DNA of 64,000 nucleotides, from NCBI GenBank assembly GCA_016182485.1, contig JACPGH010000005.1:64305-128304 (forward strand). The letters are read 5' to 3'. The stretch's first letter is position 1. Every line of letters begins with the position of its first letter. Below the pieces are notes generated by a model, which saw only the letters and a program-made list of their open reading frames with translations, was not told where the DNA came from and did not search any database. The stretch comes from Candidatus Kaiserbacteria bacterium. GTDB taxonomy: Bacteria; Patescibacteriota; Minisyncoccia; Phycocordibacterales; Phycocordibacteraceae. This document shows positions 46,324 to 56,012 of this stretch, piece by piece. The translations under genes were made by a program, and so were the position numbers.

Positions 46324-46974
46324 ATGACCCCGGAAATCACCCTTTCCCTCATTATTCTCATTCTCTCGGTCATCGCGCACGAAGTGGCGCACGGGTATGC
46401 CGCTAACGCGCTAGGCGATCCTACCGCACGGCTCGCCGGCCGGCTCACGCTGAACCCCTTGCCGCACATCGATTTCTTGGGATCGGTCATCCTGCCCGCT
46501 CTGCTCGTCTTCTCGGGTTCGCCGATCTTGTTCGGCTGGGCCAAGCCGGTGCCGTACAATCCGTACAATCTTCGCAATCAGCGATGGGGAGAAGCGTTCG
46601 TTGCCGTCGCGGGCAGCGCGACCAACCTCCTGCTCGCCGTTATATTCGGCCTCCTCGTCCGGTATGGATCCGCGGGCGGCATGTTTTTCGTTCCGGGAAG
46701 CCCGGCTCTCTCGCTTGCCGCGACCATCGCATTCGTGAATCTCTTCCTGGGGCTCTTCAATCTGATCCCATTTCCACCCCTCGACGGCTTCACGGTCCTG
46801 CGCTGCGCGCTCCCTTGGAGTCTTTCTCGCGGCCTACTCTCCTTCGAAAGCTCCGTCCGGGGATTGGGCGCCATCTCGCTCATACTTTTCATCCTCATTT
46901 TCGCCTCTGTCCTCGCCAGGCCGTTCTACGGCCTCGTGCTCCTGCTCTTCGGCCTCCTCACGGGAGCGGCTTGA
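46324..46974 (+). CDS. site-2 protease (M50)
   Basis: HEVAHG, NLIPFPPLDG. Confidence 0.93.
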   Translation: MTPEITLSLIILILSVIAHEVAHGYAANALGDPTARLAGRLTLNPLPHIDFLGSVILPALLVFSGSPILFGWAKPVPYNPYNLRNQRWGEAFVAVAGSATNLLLAVIFGLLVRYGSAGGMFFVPGSPALSLAATIAFVNLFLGLFNLIPFPPLDGFTVLRCALPWSLSRGLLSFESSVRGLGAISLILFILIFASVLARPFYGLVLLLFGLLTGAA

Positions 46975-47048
46975 CGCCCCAGATTTAACTTCTCGGCCGA
47001 TCGGTGATAATCTTTATAATAGAATCCGCAGTGAAAGGAGGTGGCGAC

Positions 47049-47189
47049 ATGCGAGTGGGCGCCTATGGGCGGATACCGATGCCCGTAACGCCGTCGAACG
47101 AGCGCGTCGACCAGCTGTGGCTGCGCTGGTTGCGCGAGAAGCTGCGCCGACGGAAACGAGCGCAAGCTGCCAAGACGGCCCGCCCCTAG
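47049..47189 (+). CDS. 46-aa basic peptide
   Basis: GAAAGGAGGTG SD before MRVGAYG. Confidence 0.45.
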   Translation: MRVGAYGRIPMPVTPSNERVDQLWLRWLREKLRRRKRAQAAKTARP

Positions 47190-47231
47190 GCGGGCCGTCT
47201 ATATTGATAAGTCATTTTTGCTCGGGGCCAT

Positions 47232-47260
47232 TTGACTAAGTATATACCGGCGTATATACT
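47232..47260 (+). promoter_or_regulatory. mazEF-type promoter with overlapping palindromic operator
   Basis: TTGACT-N17-TATACT; agtatatac-cggc-gtatatact at 47239-47260. Confidence 0.75.
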
Positions 47261-47266
47261 GCCCGC

Positions 47267-47521
47267 ATGACGACAACGATCCAAAAGTGGGGGAACAGCT
47301 ATGCCGTGCGCCTTCCCAAGACCGCCGTGCGTAAGCTTAATCTGCGGGCTGGTCAGTCCGTGGAGATTCGGGAAGCCGCTCACGGCAACGCGCCTTTCCT
47401 CTCCATTATTCCCACGCGACACCGTGTGCCGCCCCTTTCGGAAATGCTCGCGCGCATCACGAAGAAAAACCGCCATTCCGTCACCGATTGGGGCGAAGCG
47501 GTCGGGCAAGAGATATGGTAG
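47267..47521 (+). CDS. AbrB/MazE antitoxin
   Basis: IQKWGNSYAVRLPK...DWGEAVGQEIW. Confidence 0.92.
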   Translation: MTTTIQKWGNSYAVRLPKTAVRKLNLRAGQSVEIREAAHGNAPFLSIIPTRHRVPPLSEMLARITKKNRHSVTDWGEAVGQEIW

Positions 47522-47859
47522 CGAAGCGCCCGCGCGTTCCTTGTCGCGGCGATATCATGTGGCTTGACTTCAACCCGGTTCGCGGGCATGAACAGGACGG
47601 AAGACGCCCGGCGCTTGTAATTTCTCCGGAGAAATACAATGTGGCGGCGGGACTCGCGCTGGTATGCCCCGTAACCTCTAAAACAAAAGGGTATCCTTTC
47701 GAGGTTGAATTCAAAATAAAGGCCGCGCAGGGAATAATACTCGCCGATCAGATCCGCGCGATAGACTGGACAAAGCGCCGCGCGGAGAAGCTCGGGACCG
47801 TATCAGAAGCGGTCATAACAACGGTGCAGGACTGCGTGAGAAAGCTCATCTTGGATTAG
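47515..47859 (+). CDS. MazF/PemK toxin
   Basis: RGDIMWLDFNPVRGHEQDGRRPALVIS, LADQIRAID. Confidence 0.93.
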   Translation: MVAKRPRVPCRGDIMWLDFNPVRGHEQDGRRPALVISPEKYNVAAGLALVCPVTSKTKGYPFEVEFKIKAAQGIILADQIRAIDWTKRRAEKLGTVSEAVITTVQDCVRKLILD

Positions 47860-47977
47860 GTATTGACATATTTAAATAGAGTGTAGTATACTTTAAATTA
47901 GAAGTGCGGCTCTGTCAAAAAACGTTGTAAGTACGCCGCCCGGCGTTCACCGGGCACTGTCCCTGAGGAGGGGCATC

Positions 47978-48421
47978 ATGAAGAAGTTCGCCGCGCAGTT
48001 CACGCTCGCGTTCGCGTTCGTCATTGGGATCGCCGCGCTCGTCGCGCCGGCGCCCGCCGCGGCCGCCCAGGAGTGCGAGATCCGGTTCTGCTGGACCCAG
48101 GGCTACGTCGCCCCGGCCGGGCTCCTGGCGGCCAACCGGGTCCCCGTGCGATTCAACCTTCTCGATGACTTCGGCAACGTCATCGGCCAGATCCTGGTGT
48201 CGTCGGTCGCGATGAGCGACTTCCTGTCGCTCTACTCGACCTTCGGAATGCCGCCGATCGAGGTGGTGACGAAGCCCGTCTTCTACAGGGACGGGACGAT
48301 CGGCGCCGGGTGGGTTCTCAAGCCGGTGTGCCTGTATCCGGCAGAGGGGCCGACCGGCAGCCTCTGTGGCTGGCACGAGCCGGAGCCGACCGAGCCGCCC
48401 GTCCCGGACGGCAAGGGGTAG
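47978..48421 (+). CDS. hypothetical secreted protein
   Basis: signal peptide, GAGGAGG SD, promoter-like TTGACA/TATACT at 47863-47892, terminator 48432-48474. Confidence 0.7.
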   Translation: MKKFAAQFTLAFAFVIGIAALVAPAPAAAAQECEIRFCWTQGYVAPAGLLAANRVPVRFNLLDDFGNVIGQILVSSVAMSDFLSLYSTFGMPPIEVVTKPVFYRDGTIGAGWVLKPVCLYPAEGPTGSLCGWHEPEPTEPPVPDGKG

Positions 48422-48572
48422 CACAGTTCCCGAAGGGGTCGTCTCGCCATCGGCGGACGACCCCTTCACTCTTTAGTGCCGAAAAGTGTTTCGAGATTAA
48501 AGAGTGATTAATTAAGTGAGTTTGAACAGCACGATGAAATTCGCGCGCTTCCTACTGGTATACTTATGCGCA

Positions 48573-49013
48573 ATGGAATACCAGGTGCCGCAGTTCATCG
48601 AAGTAGAAGACAAGATCGTCGGGCCGCTGACGCTCAAGCAGTTCATCTACCTCGCAGGCGGCGGGGGACTGTGCATCGTTTTCTTCGTGTACTTGCATCT
48701 CATACTCGCCCTTCTCTTCTCGGCGCCGATCGTCGCGCTCGCCGTCGCCCTCGCGTTCTACAAGAAAAACGGCAAGCCTTTCGTGGAGATAGTCGAGGCC
48801 GGCTTCAATTATTACGTTACCGGCAAGTTGTTTCTCTGGAAGCACGAGGAGCCGACCGCCAAGGAGAATAGCGCTGCCGCCGCGGCGGCGGCGGCGCAAG
48901 AGTCGGCAAGCCGCGCGAAGAATCCCAGACTTACGCGCGGCAAGCTCACCGAACTCGCTTGGGCGCTTGACGTCAAGGCGCTCGGCGGCACCCCGCAGAG
49001 CCGCGAACAATGA
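48573..49013 (+). CDS. PrgI family protein
   Basis: MEYQVPQFIEVEDKIVGPLTLKQF, two TM helices. Confidence 0.88.
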   Translation: MEYQVPQFIEVEDKIVGPLTLKQFIYLAGGGGLCIVFFVYLHLILALLFSAPIVALAVALAFYKKNGKPFVEIVEAGFNYYVTGKLFLWKHEEPTAKENSAAAAAAAAQESASRAKNPRLTRGKLTELAWALDVKALGGTPQSREQ

Positions 49014-49642
49014 TCATGCCTACGAGAGCCCCCGGAGCCACCCAGCAGTTCGTCCCGGTCAAAGAGATACGGAACGGCGTTGTCGTTCTTAAAGACGGAG
49101 GCTATCGCGGCATCCTTATCTGTTCCTCCATAAACTTCGGCCTGAAGTCGGCCGAGGAGCAGCACGCGATCACGGTAGGCTTCCAGAACTTCCTCAACAC
49201 GCTCGATTTCTCGATCCAGATAGTCGTGAATTCGCGCAAGATGGACCTCCGCCCATACCTCTCGCTTCTTGAGCAGAAAGGCGCCGATCAAAAAAGCGAA
49301 CTGATGCGGATACAGCTGCGCGAATACATGGCGTTCATCCGCTCCTTCACCGAACAGGCGAATATCATGACGAAATCTTTTTATATCGTCGTGCCCTATG
49401 CGCCGCATGTCTCCGCTACGAGCGCCCTCAATATTCTAGGACGTAAAGGTCCCAAAAACACGGCCGAGACGACCTTCGAAGAGGATCGCGCACAGCTGGA
49501 ACAGAGACTCGCGCTCGTCGCGGGCGGCCTCGGCGGCACCGGCGTGCGCGCCGTCCCGCTCGGGACGGAAGAGGTCATCGAACTTCTATATCGATCCTTC
49601 AATCCGGGGGAGTTGGAAAATCCAATAAGGCTAGATAGTTAG
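49010..49642 (+). CDS. VirB4-associated (TraC-like) conserved protein
   Basis: SINFGLKSAEEQHAI, FLNTLDFSIQI; lies between PrgI and VirB4. Confidence 0.75.
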   Translation: MIMPTRAPGATQQFVPVKEIRNGVVVLKDGGYRGILICSSINFGLKSAEEQHAITVGFQNFLNTLDFSIQIVVNSRKMDLRPYLSLLEQKGADQKSELMRIQLREYMAFIRSFTEQANIMTKSFYIVVPYAPHVSATSALNILGRKGPKNTAETTFEEDRAQLEQRLALVAGGLGGTGVRAVPLGTEEVIELLYRSFNPGELENPIRLDS

Positions 49643-49664
49643 GCTCTAGGCGCTAGGCTCTAGC
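49630..49664. repeat. 7-mer array, left arm
   Basis: gctagatagttaggctctaggcgctaggctctagc. Confidence 0.75.
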
Positions 49665-49678
49665 TCAATACAAAAACC

Positions 49679-50137
49679 ATGAAGATTTCGCACGACGAAC
49701 TTGCTAAGTTTCTGGATGCAGCAAACAAGTCGACATACGCAAATAAAGACGCGCCGAAATCAGCGTCTTTGAGACCGTCCTCGGAGGACTACCATTTCGA
49801 GCTGGGGGACCTTGCCTATCATGACACCTACTTTGGTGCGCGCGATTTTATCGGGGAAGAAGTTGTGTACAAAATCTCGAAACCAGTGTGGGGTATGAAT
49901 TATTACGGCTATTTATTGAATCCCGACATATCTGCTGATGAAGTCTACACGGTTCTTCGTTCGGCATTATACAGCGATACATTACCAGTACGAGGACCTC
50001 GAGAGCACATTCGAGGAACTAGTAAGTATGCGAATCAAGTTGATGGAACGCTAAATAGATTTTCGGGCGAAGAAAAGATCTATTTTGATACGGAATTGGT
50101 GTACTGCTGTTGGTATCACGGCGGAAGTATTGAATGA
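49679..50137 (+). CDS. DUF5680-like protein
   Basis: YHDTYFGARDFIGEEVV, WGMNYYG, PVRGP, YHGG. Confidence 0.75.
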   Translation: MKISHDELAKFLDAANKSTYANKDAPKSASLRPSSEDYHFELGDLAYHDTYFGARDFIGEEVVYKISKPVWGMNYYGYLLNPDISADEVYTVLRSALYSDTLPVRGPREHIRGTSKYANQVDGTLNRFSGEEKIYFDTELVYCCWYHGGSIE

Positions 50138-50138
50138 T

Positions 50139-50510
50139 ATGCAAACATTTCGGGATCTCGTCGTTTGGCAGAAGGCGGTCGAACTTGCTAAACAAATATA
50201 TATCCTGACACATCAGTTTCCCACGGAAGAGCGATTCGGTCTGGCTTCGCAAATGCAACGAGCCGCCGTCTCGATTCCCTCGAACATCGCTGAAGGAAAG
50301 CTGCGCGGGTCGTCGAAAGAATTTATACACTTCCTGCGTGTTGCCTTCGGGTCTGGTGGCGAACTTGAGACACAGATAGAAATCGCAAAGCGCTTACCGA
50401 GAACGGCAGCATTGAATTTCGCGTCGGTAGAAGCACTTCTCGATGAAATAATGCGGATGCTGAATGCTATGATTTCTGGTAGCGGGCATAAGCTAGCGCC
50501 TAGAGCCTAG
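50139..50510 (+). CDS. four helix bundle protein
   Basis: FRDLVVWQKA, FPTEERFGLASQMQRAAVSIPSNIAEG. Confidence 0.92.
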   Translation: MQTFRDLVVWQKAVELAKQIYILTHQFPTEERFGLASQMQRAAVSIPSNIAEGKLRGSSKEFIHFLRVAFGSGGELETQIEIAKRLPRTAALNFASVEALLDEIMRMLNAMISGSGHKLAPRA

Positions 50511-50515
50511 CGCCT
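50492..50515. repeat. 7-mer array, right arm (inverted relative to 49630)
   Basis: gctagcgcctagagcctagcgcct. Confidence 0.75.
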
Positions 50516-50521
50516 GTATTT

Positions 50522-52336
50522 ATGGCCTTATTAGACTTTCTCAACCGCAAGAGACAAGAACCGGAGATCGTACCGGTCCTTCCGAAAGACATTTACCGGC
50601 AGGGCTCGCTCAATCTAGTGGATACCATCGCGCCTACGGCGCTCAAGATCTCTCCAAGAGAGCTCGAGCTGGGCGAGAAATTCGTACGCGCGTTCTACAC
50701 CATCTCGTATCCGCGCTTCCTGACCGACAGCTGGTTCTCGCCGGTCATCAACCTCGACAAAGTGCTCGACGTTTCCATTTTTATTCATCCGATCGAGACG
50801 GGACAGGCGCTGCGCGCATTCCAGAAAAAGGTCGCTGAAGTCCAGAGCCAGATCAACGAGCGAGAATCCAGAGGCCTCGTGCGCGACCCTCTGCTCGATA
50901 CTGCGTACCAAGATCTGGAAACGCTACGCGACAGTCTCCAGCAGGCGCAGGAGAAGCTGTTTGAAGTCGGGCTCTACCTTGCGCTCTATGGAGATTCCAA
51001 AGAAGAAATAGACAAGACCGAGGGCGACATACGCGGCATACTCGACGCTAAGCTGGTCTACACGAAGCCCGCGCTCTTCCAGCAAGAGCAAGGCTTTCGT
51101 TCCTGCCTGCCTCTCGGCTCCGACGAGCTCATGGTGCATTCGAAATTGAACTCTTCGCCCATCTCCTCTTTCTTCCCGTTCGTCTCGTTCGACCTCACTA
51201 GCGACCGCGGCATCCTCTACGGCCTGAACCGCCACAATTCCTCGCTTATCCTCTTCGACCGTTTCTCCCTCGAGAACTACAACTCCGTCGTGTTCGCGAA
51301 ATCCGGCTCCGGCAAGAGCTACGCGACCAAGCTCGAGATCCTGCGCTCCTTGATGTTCGGGACCAACGTCATCGTTATCGATCCCGAACGAGAATACGAT
51401 CAACTCGTGGAAGCCACCGGCGGACGCTCCTTCCACATCTCGCTCTCCTCGGAGCACCACATCAACCCGTTCGACTTGCCGCCGATCCGGGAGGATGAGA
51501 ATCCGCGCGACATCCTGCGCTCGAACATCATCACGCTCGTCGGCCTTTTCCGCATCATGCTCGGCGGCCTCTCGCCAGAGGAGGACGCCATCATTGATCG
51601 GGCCATCAGCGAGACATACGCGCTCAAGGATATTACCGGAGACGCCGACTTCTCCGGCGCCGAACCGCCGCTGCTCTCCGATTTCGAGCAGGTGCTCTCG
51701 GGCATGGAAGGCAGCGAGTCGCTCGTCGAGCGGCTCTCGAAGTACACCCGCGGCACGTGGGCGGGGTTCTTGAACCAGCCGACCAACATCGATATCAATC
51801 AGCAGTTCGTCGTCTTCTCCGTACGCGACATGGAGGACGAGCTCAAGCCCGTGGCGATGTACATCATCACGCACTATATCTGGAACGCGGTCCGCCACGA
51901 GCTCAAGAAACGCCTGCTCATTATCGACGAGGCGTGGTGGATGATGAAGAGCGAAGACACCGCTTCCTTTCTCTACTCGGTCGCCAAGCGCGGGCGCAAG
52001 TATTATCTGGGCGTCGCCACCATCACGCAGGACGTCGAGGACTTCTTGAAAAGTCCCTACGGCCGCCCGATCCTCACTAACTCCTCCCTCCAGCTTTTGC
52101 TCAAGCAGTCGACAACGACTATCGACGTGCTGCAGCAGACTTTCAATCTTACCGACGAAGAGAAGTATCTCTTGCTCGAGGCCGGGGTAGGCGAGGGGCT
52201 TTTCTTCGCCGGCTTAAAGCACGTCGCAATCAAGGTCGTCGCGAGCTATACCGAGGATCAGATAATCACCTCCGATCCCTCGCAGCTTCTCGCGATAAAG
52301 GCGGAGAAGGACCGCCATGCCGCAGAGAAACAATAA
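50522..52336 (+). CDS. VirB4-like ATPase
   Basis: AKSGSGKS, IDPEREY, INPFD, LIIDEAW, ITQDVED. Confidence 0.92.
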   Translation: MALLDFLNRKRQEPEIVPVLPKDIYRQGSLNLVDTIAPTALKISPRELELGEKFVRAFYTISYPRFLTDSWFSPVINLDKVLDVSIFIHPIETGQALRAFQKKVAEVQSQINERESRGLVRDPLLDTAYQDLETLRDSLQQAQEKLFEVGLYLALYGDSKEEIDKTEGDIRGILDAKLVYTKPALFQQEQGFRSCLPLGSDELMVHSKLNSSPISSFFPFVSFDLTSDRGILYGLNRHNSSLILFDRFSLENYNSVVFAKSGSGKSYATKLEILRSLMFGTNVIVIDPEREYDQLVEATGGRSFHISLSSEHHINPFDLPPIREDENPRDILRSNIITLVGLFRIMLGGLSPEEDAIIDRAISETYALKDITGDADFSGAEPPLLSDFEQVLSGMEGSESLVERLSKYTRGTWAGFLNQPTNIDINQQFVVFSVRDMEDELKPVAMYIITHYIWNAVRHELKKRLLIIDEAWWMMKSEDTASFLYSVAKRGRKYYLGVATITQDVEDFLKSPYGRPILTNSSLQLLLKQSTTTIDVLQQTFNLTDEEKYLLLEAGVGEGLFFAGLKHVAIKVVASYTEDQIITSDPSQLLAIKAEKDRHAAEKQ

Positions 52337-52946
52337 ACTACCGCCGCGGCCGCCGACCGTAACCTGGAAAAATGCGGTTCCCTTAGTGGCAGTGGCCGCC
52401 GTGTTCGACGCGGCGCGCATGTTCTTCGAGATGTTCTGGCTCTTCGGCCCAGTACTGCTCGGAGCTTACTGCACCGGCAAAGTGAGCGAATACGTAGGAA
52501 TGCTTGGGGGCGCGACCGTGGCGGCCTGCGGCGCCGGCGCCACCATCGTGGGCTACGTTTTTAGCCCTCATCTCGTTGTCTTTGGCTCCATAATGGCTAT
52601 CGCTGTCGGAATTTTTGGCTGGCTCACGGTGATGCTTCTGCTCGCGATGTTTAACGCCCGGATTTTCAAGACAGTCGCGAACGGCTGGCTCTGGTCCCTG
52701 CTCGGCCTCGGCGTCAGCGTCATACCTATTGTAGGCGCAATTCCCTCAATTACACTCTCTTTGCTCAAGCTATATCATGCGCAAATAAAAAAGGATCGCG
52801 CAGGACTCAAGGAGTGGCAAAAAACTACGCAAGAGATCCTCAAAAAAGTGGAGCGCGCCCGGCAAGAAGCGGAACTTGCGCGCTTATATCAAGAACAGGC
52901 CGCCGCCGAGGAAGAAATCCCCGAAGAGAGGCCGAAAGCCGCCTAA
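52317..52946 (+). CDS. membrane protein
   Basis: several TM helices, co-oriented with VirB4. Confidence 0.7.
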   Translation: MPQRNNKLPPRPPTVTWKNAVPLVAVAAVFDAARMFFEMFWLFGPVLLGAYCTGKVSEYVGMLGGATVAACGAGATIVGYVFSPHLVVFGSIMAIAVGIFGWLTVMLLLAMFNARIFKTVANGWLWSLLGLGVSVIPIVGAIPSITLSLLKLYHAQIKKDRAGLKEWQKTTQEILKKVERARQEAELARLYQEQAAAEEEIPEERPKAA

Positions 52947-52969
52947 CCGCGCCCGGAGAGATATATACT

Positions 52970-53971
52970 ATGCACATGTACTCTCGCGCCCTGCGAGCCA
53001 CTGCGCTCCTTTCTCTCGCCCTCTTTCTCCCGGCACTGGCAGCCGCGCAGTTCGTCGGCGGGCCGAGCACGGCCCCGTTCTCTATCTCTCTCAGCCCGCG
53101 ATATCCCGCTCCCCAATCCCAGGCCGTTCTCTCGCTTCTCTCAAGCTCGATTAATCTCGCGAATGCGAAACTGTCGGTAACTGTCGCGGGCAAGACAATA
53201 TACGAAGGCGCCGCGCAGCCGGTCGCTATCCCGATCGGCAACACGGGAGAAATAACTTCGATCACTGCCGTCATTTCTGCCGGCGGCCGGAATTATAGCC
53301 AATCCATCCAAGTCCAACCACAGGACGTGGCGCTCATAGTTGAACCTGTCTCCTCGGCGCCGCTTCTCTATCCCGGGAAGCCTATGGTCCCCCTTGAAGG
53401 GAGCGCGCGGATGGTGGCCATCGCGAACCTGCGCGATGGCAGCGGGCGAATGCTCGCGCCGAATACGCTCTCGTACTCCTGGACCGTGGACGGAACGAAT
53501 CTCGCAAGCGCCTCGGGCATAGGGAAGAGCTCGCTCATGGTGGTTTCTCCTTTGCAGTACCGGCAGAGAACGGTATCCGTAAGAGTCGAGAGCCCGGATG
53601 GGAAGCTCTCGGGCGGAGCCGAGCATTCTCTTTCTCCAGCGCAGCCGGTCGCGCGCATTTATCGGAACGACCCTCTCCTCGGCATACTTTTCAACCGCGC
53701 GCTTTCCGGTAATTTCGCGATAACTACTTCAGAGGAGAGCCTTTATGCAGCGGTGTTTTCCCTCCCGGTCACAAGCGGCGCGCCGCTCCTGCAATGGTTT
53801 TTGAACGGCAAGGCGGCCCAGTCCGGGAGCAGCATAACCTTGCGGCCGGGCGGCAACGGGGAAGGGACGGCGTCTCTCTCCCTGACAGCCTCCGCGGCCG
53901 ACACGAAAGCGACAGCGACCCTGCCCCTCTCCTTCGGCACGCCGGCCGGAGGGAATCTTCTCGGCCTATGA
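52970..53971 (+). CDS. secreted beta-sandwich-rich protein
   Basis: signal peptide, YSWTVDG and QWFLNG segments; TATACT just upstream. Confidence 0.7.
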   Translation: MHMYSRALRATALLSLALFLPALAAAQFVGGPSTAPFSISLSPRYPAPQSQAVLSLLSSSINLANAKLSVTVAGKTIYEGAAQPVAIPIGNTGEITSITAVISAGGRNYSQSIQVQPQDVALIVEPVSSAPLLYPGKPMVPLEGSARMVAIANLRDGSGRMLAPNTLSYSWTVDGTNLASASGIGKSSLMVVSPLQYRQRTVSVRVESPDGKLSGGAEHSLSPAQPVARIYRNDPLLGILFNRALSGNFAITTSEESLYAAVFSLPVTSGAPLLQWFLNGKAAQSGSSITLRPGGNGEGTASLSLTASAADTKATATLPLSFGTPAGGNLLGL

Positions 53972-54702
53972 AGAAAATCATTATTGTTGCCGCCCTATTC
54001 CTCCTAAGTCTGGCCCCGCATGCCCTCGCGGCAGAAAGCGGCTTTGTGGCGCTCGCCCCAATTACGGGTCTCACGGATCAAAGCACGACCGCGCTGGTGA
54101 ATTCAGGCGATCTTTCCGCTTTCTTCAACAATCTATACAAATACCTCATCGGGCTCGCGGCCATTCTTGCGATCATTCAAATCATGTATGGCGGCATTAG
54201 GATCGCCACGAACCAAGATAACGTGAGTCTGGTAACGGATATGAGAGGACGCATCGTGCAGGCGCTCTTCGGTCTCGTGCTCGTCCTCTCGCCGGCGATA
54301 GTCTTCTCGATCATCAATCCGCGCATTTTGGATCTCTCTATCGGCCTCTCGCCGCTGGACTTGCCGGCGCCAGTGTCGAGGTCCTCGGACGGGACATCGA
54401 CAACAACTATTTCCGCAGAGGATAGAACCGTTCGGGAAGCAATGGGGGGCAGAGTGGTTTGGAGTTTTACAATCAATAATGCCGCGCAAACGGGACGCCA
54501 GGCAACTGGAGCGATCCTCGACGACAAACAACAGCAGTGTACACGGGATACCGGAGGTACCGGTATTATCTTGCCCGACCCTCAAACTGGCGGAGGTGCT
54601 TTCGCTTATGTCTGTCAGACATGTCCTCCCAATACAACCATGGTCTTGCTCTCGCGCGGGCGCCCAGGTCCTGGGCCACGCGGGGCATGCCAACCGAATT
54701 AG
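53968..54702 (+). CDS. VirB2/TrbC-like pilin with Cys-containing tail
   Basis: signal peptide, GLAAILAIIQIMYGG...ALFGLVLVLS...INPRIL. Confidence 0.75.
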   Translation: MKKIIIVAALFLLSLAPHALAAESGFVALAPITGLTDQSTTALVNSGDLSAFFNNLYKYLIGLAAILAIIQIMYGGIRIATNQDNVSLVTDMRGRIVQALFGLVLVLSPAIVFSIINPRILDLSIGLSPLDLPAPVSRSSDGTSTTTISAEDRTVREAMGGRVVWSFTINNAAQTGRQATGAILDDKQQQCTRDTGGTGIILPDPQTGGGAFAYVCQTCPPNTTMVLLSRGRPGPGPRGACQPN

Positions 54703-54707
54703 CTGCT

Positions 54708-56012
54708 ATGCGCCGCACACTTATCATTGCCGGAATACTTCTGCTCATCATCGGAGCCGGTCTTGCGTACTTCTATTTCTTCGAGAAGCCTCGAGGTATC
54801 GCTGTCGTGCCGCAAGGAGCGGTGAATTTCCCGACGGCCGGGCAGCGGGAACCTACAGCTGGCGGAGGCGCCTCGACCGCCTCAACCCAGACCGCCGCGC
54901 CGGAAGCCGTATCCTCGCGCCTCACGAGGATTAGCGGCGGGCCGGTAGTGCCCGGCGAAGCGGTCGTCGACATTCCGGCCAAAAACGCGAGTCCCGTTGG
55001 AGATCAAATTTCCAACGGGGCAAGCAGCTCCCCCTCCTCGACCTCGCTCGGGGTAAACGACGTCGCAGTTTCGTACATCGAACGGCAGAGCGGGAACGTA
55101 TACGTCTACGTAAAAAGCGCCGGCACGGTGGCGCGCAAAACGAACAAAACTCTCCCAGGCATTCAGTCAGCGCTCTGGGTTCCCGATGGTTCGACCGCCT
55201 TCGTGCGCTACCTCTCGGGCGCCGACTTCTCGAGCGTCAGCACGTATGCATTGCCCGTAGATAACGGGCTATCCGCCGACAGACAGGGATTCTTCCTCCC
55301 GCAAAACCTCGCGGACATCGCCATAGCCTCTTCGAGCCCCGTTGGAAATCCGATTTCCAACGGGGCGAGCATACTCACTCTCGCCTCCGGCGTGAACGGC
55401 TCCGTCGCTTCGCTCGGCAAAATTGACGGTTCGCGCACTTCGGACGCGTTCACTACGCCGCTCTCGGCTCTGCGTATCGCCTTCGCGGGCAAGAACCAAT
55501 ACCTCGCTTTCACCAAGCCGACCTCGTCCTTGCCCGGGTATGCTTTCTTCGTAGATAAAAATGGCCGTTTCTCCCGCGTCGCCGGGCCAGCCAATGGACT
55601 CGTAGCCCTTCCGAGCCCGTCGGGGAAGCACGTGCTCATAAGCTATATCCAAGACGGCTCGATGCAGCTCGCCCTTATTACGGCGGCCACCGGGGAAACG
55701 ACGACCCTGCCTGTGGCGACCATCGCCGATAAATGCGTGTGGACGGCCGATGACTCCGCTGTCTACTGCGGAATCCCCGTATCTCCGTCTGCTATTTATC
55801 AATACCCGGACGACTGGTACCAGGGCGCCGTCGCGTTCTCGGATAGGATCTGGAAGATCGATGTCACCGACCGTTTCGCGCAACTGGTGTTCGACTTTTC
55901 TCTAGAGACCGAGAGCGCGCTAGATGCGCAGGCAATGGCTATCAACCCCTTAGGGACTATGCTCGTATTCGTTAACAAGAACGATGGCTCGCTCTGGGCT
56001 TATTCGCTCTAG
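54708..56012 (+). CDS. membrane-anchored beta-rich protein
   Basis: N-terminal TM; PDDWYQG...FSDRIW; carries repeat insertions. Confidence 0.75.
   Translation: MRRTLIIAGILLLIIGAGLAYFYFFEKPRGIAVVPQGAVNFPTAGQREPTAGGGASTASTQTAAPEAVSSRLTRISGGPVVPGEAVVDIPAKNASPVGDQISNGASSSPSSTSLGVNDVAVSYIERQSGNVYVYVKSAGTVARKTNKTLPGIQSALWVPDGSTAFVRYLSGADFSSVSTYALPVDNGLSADRQGFFLPQNLADIAIASSSPVGNPISNGASILTLASGVNGSVASLGKIDGSRTSDAFTTPLSALRIAFAGKNQYLAFTKPTSSLPGYAFFVDKNGRFSRVAGPANGLVALPSPSGKHVLISYIQDGSMQLALITAATGETTTLPVATIADKCVWTADDSAVYCGIPVSPSAIYQYPDDWYQGAVAFSDRIWKIDVTDRFAQLVFDFSLETESALDAQAMAINPLGTMLVFVNKNDGSLWAYSL

Noticed and set aside
48573-54702. Integrated conjugative element
   Set aside because: No relaxase, coupling protein or integrase here; PrgI/VirB4/pilin clusters are common chromosomal features of Patescibacteria
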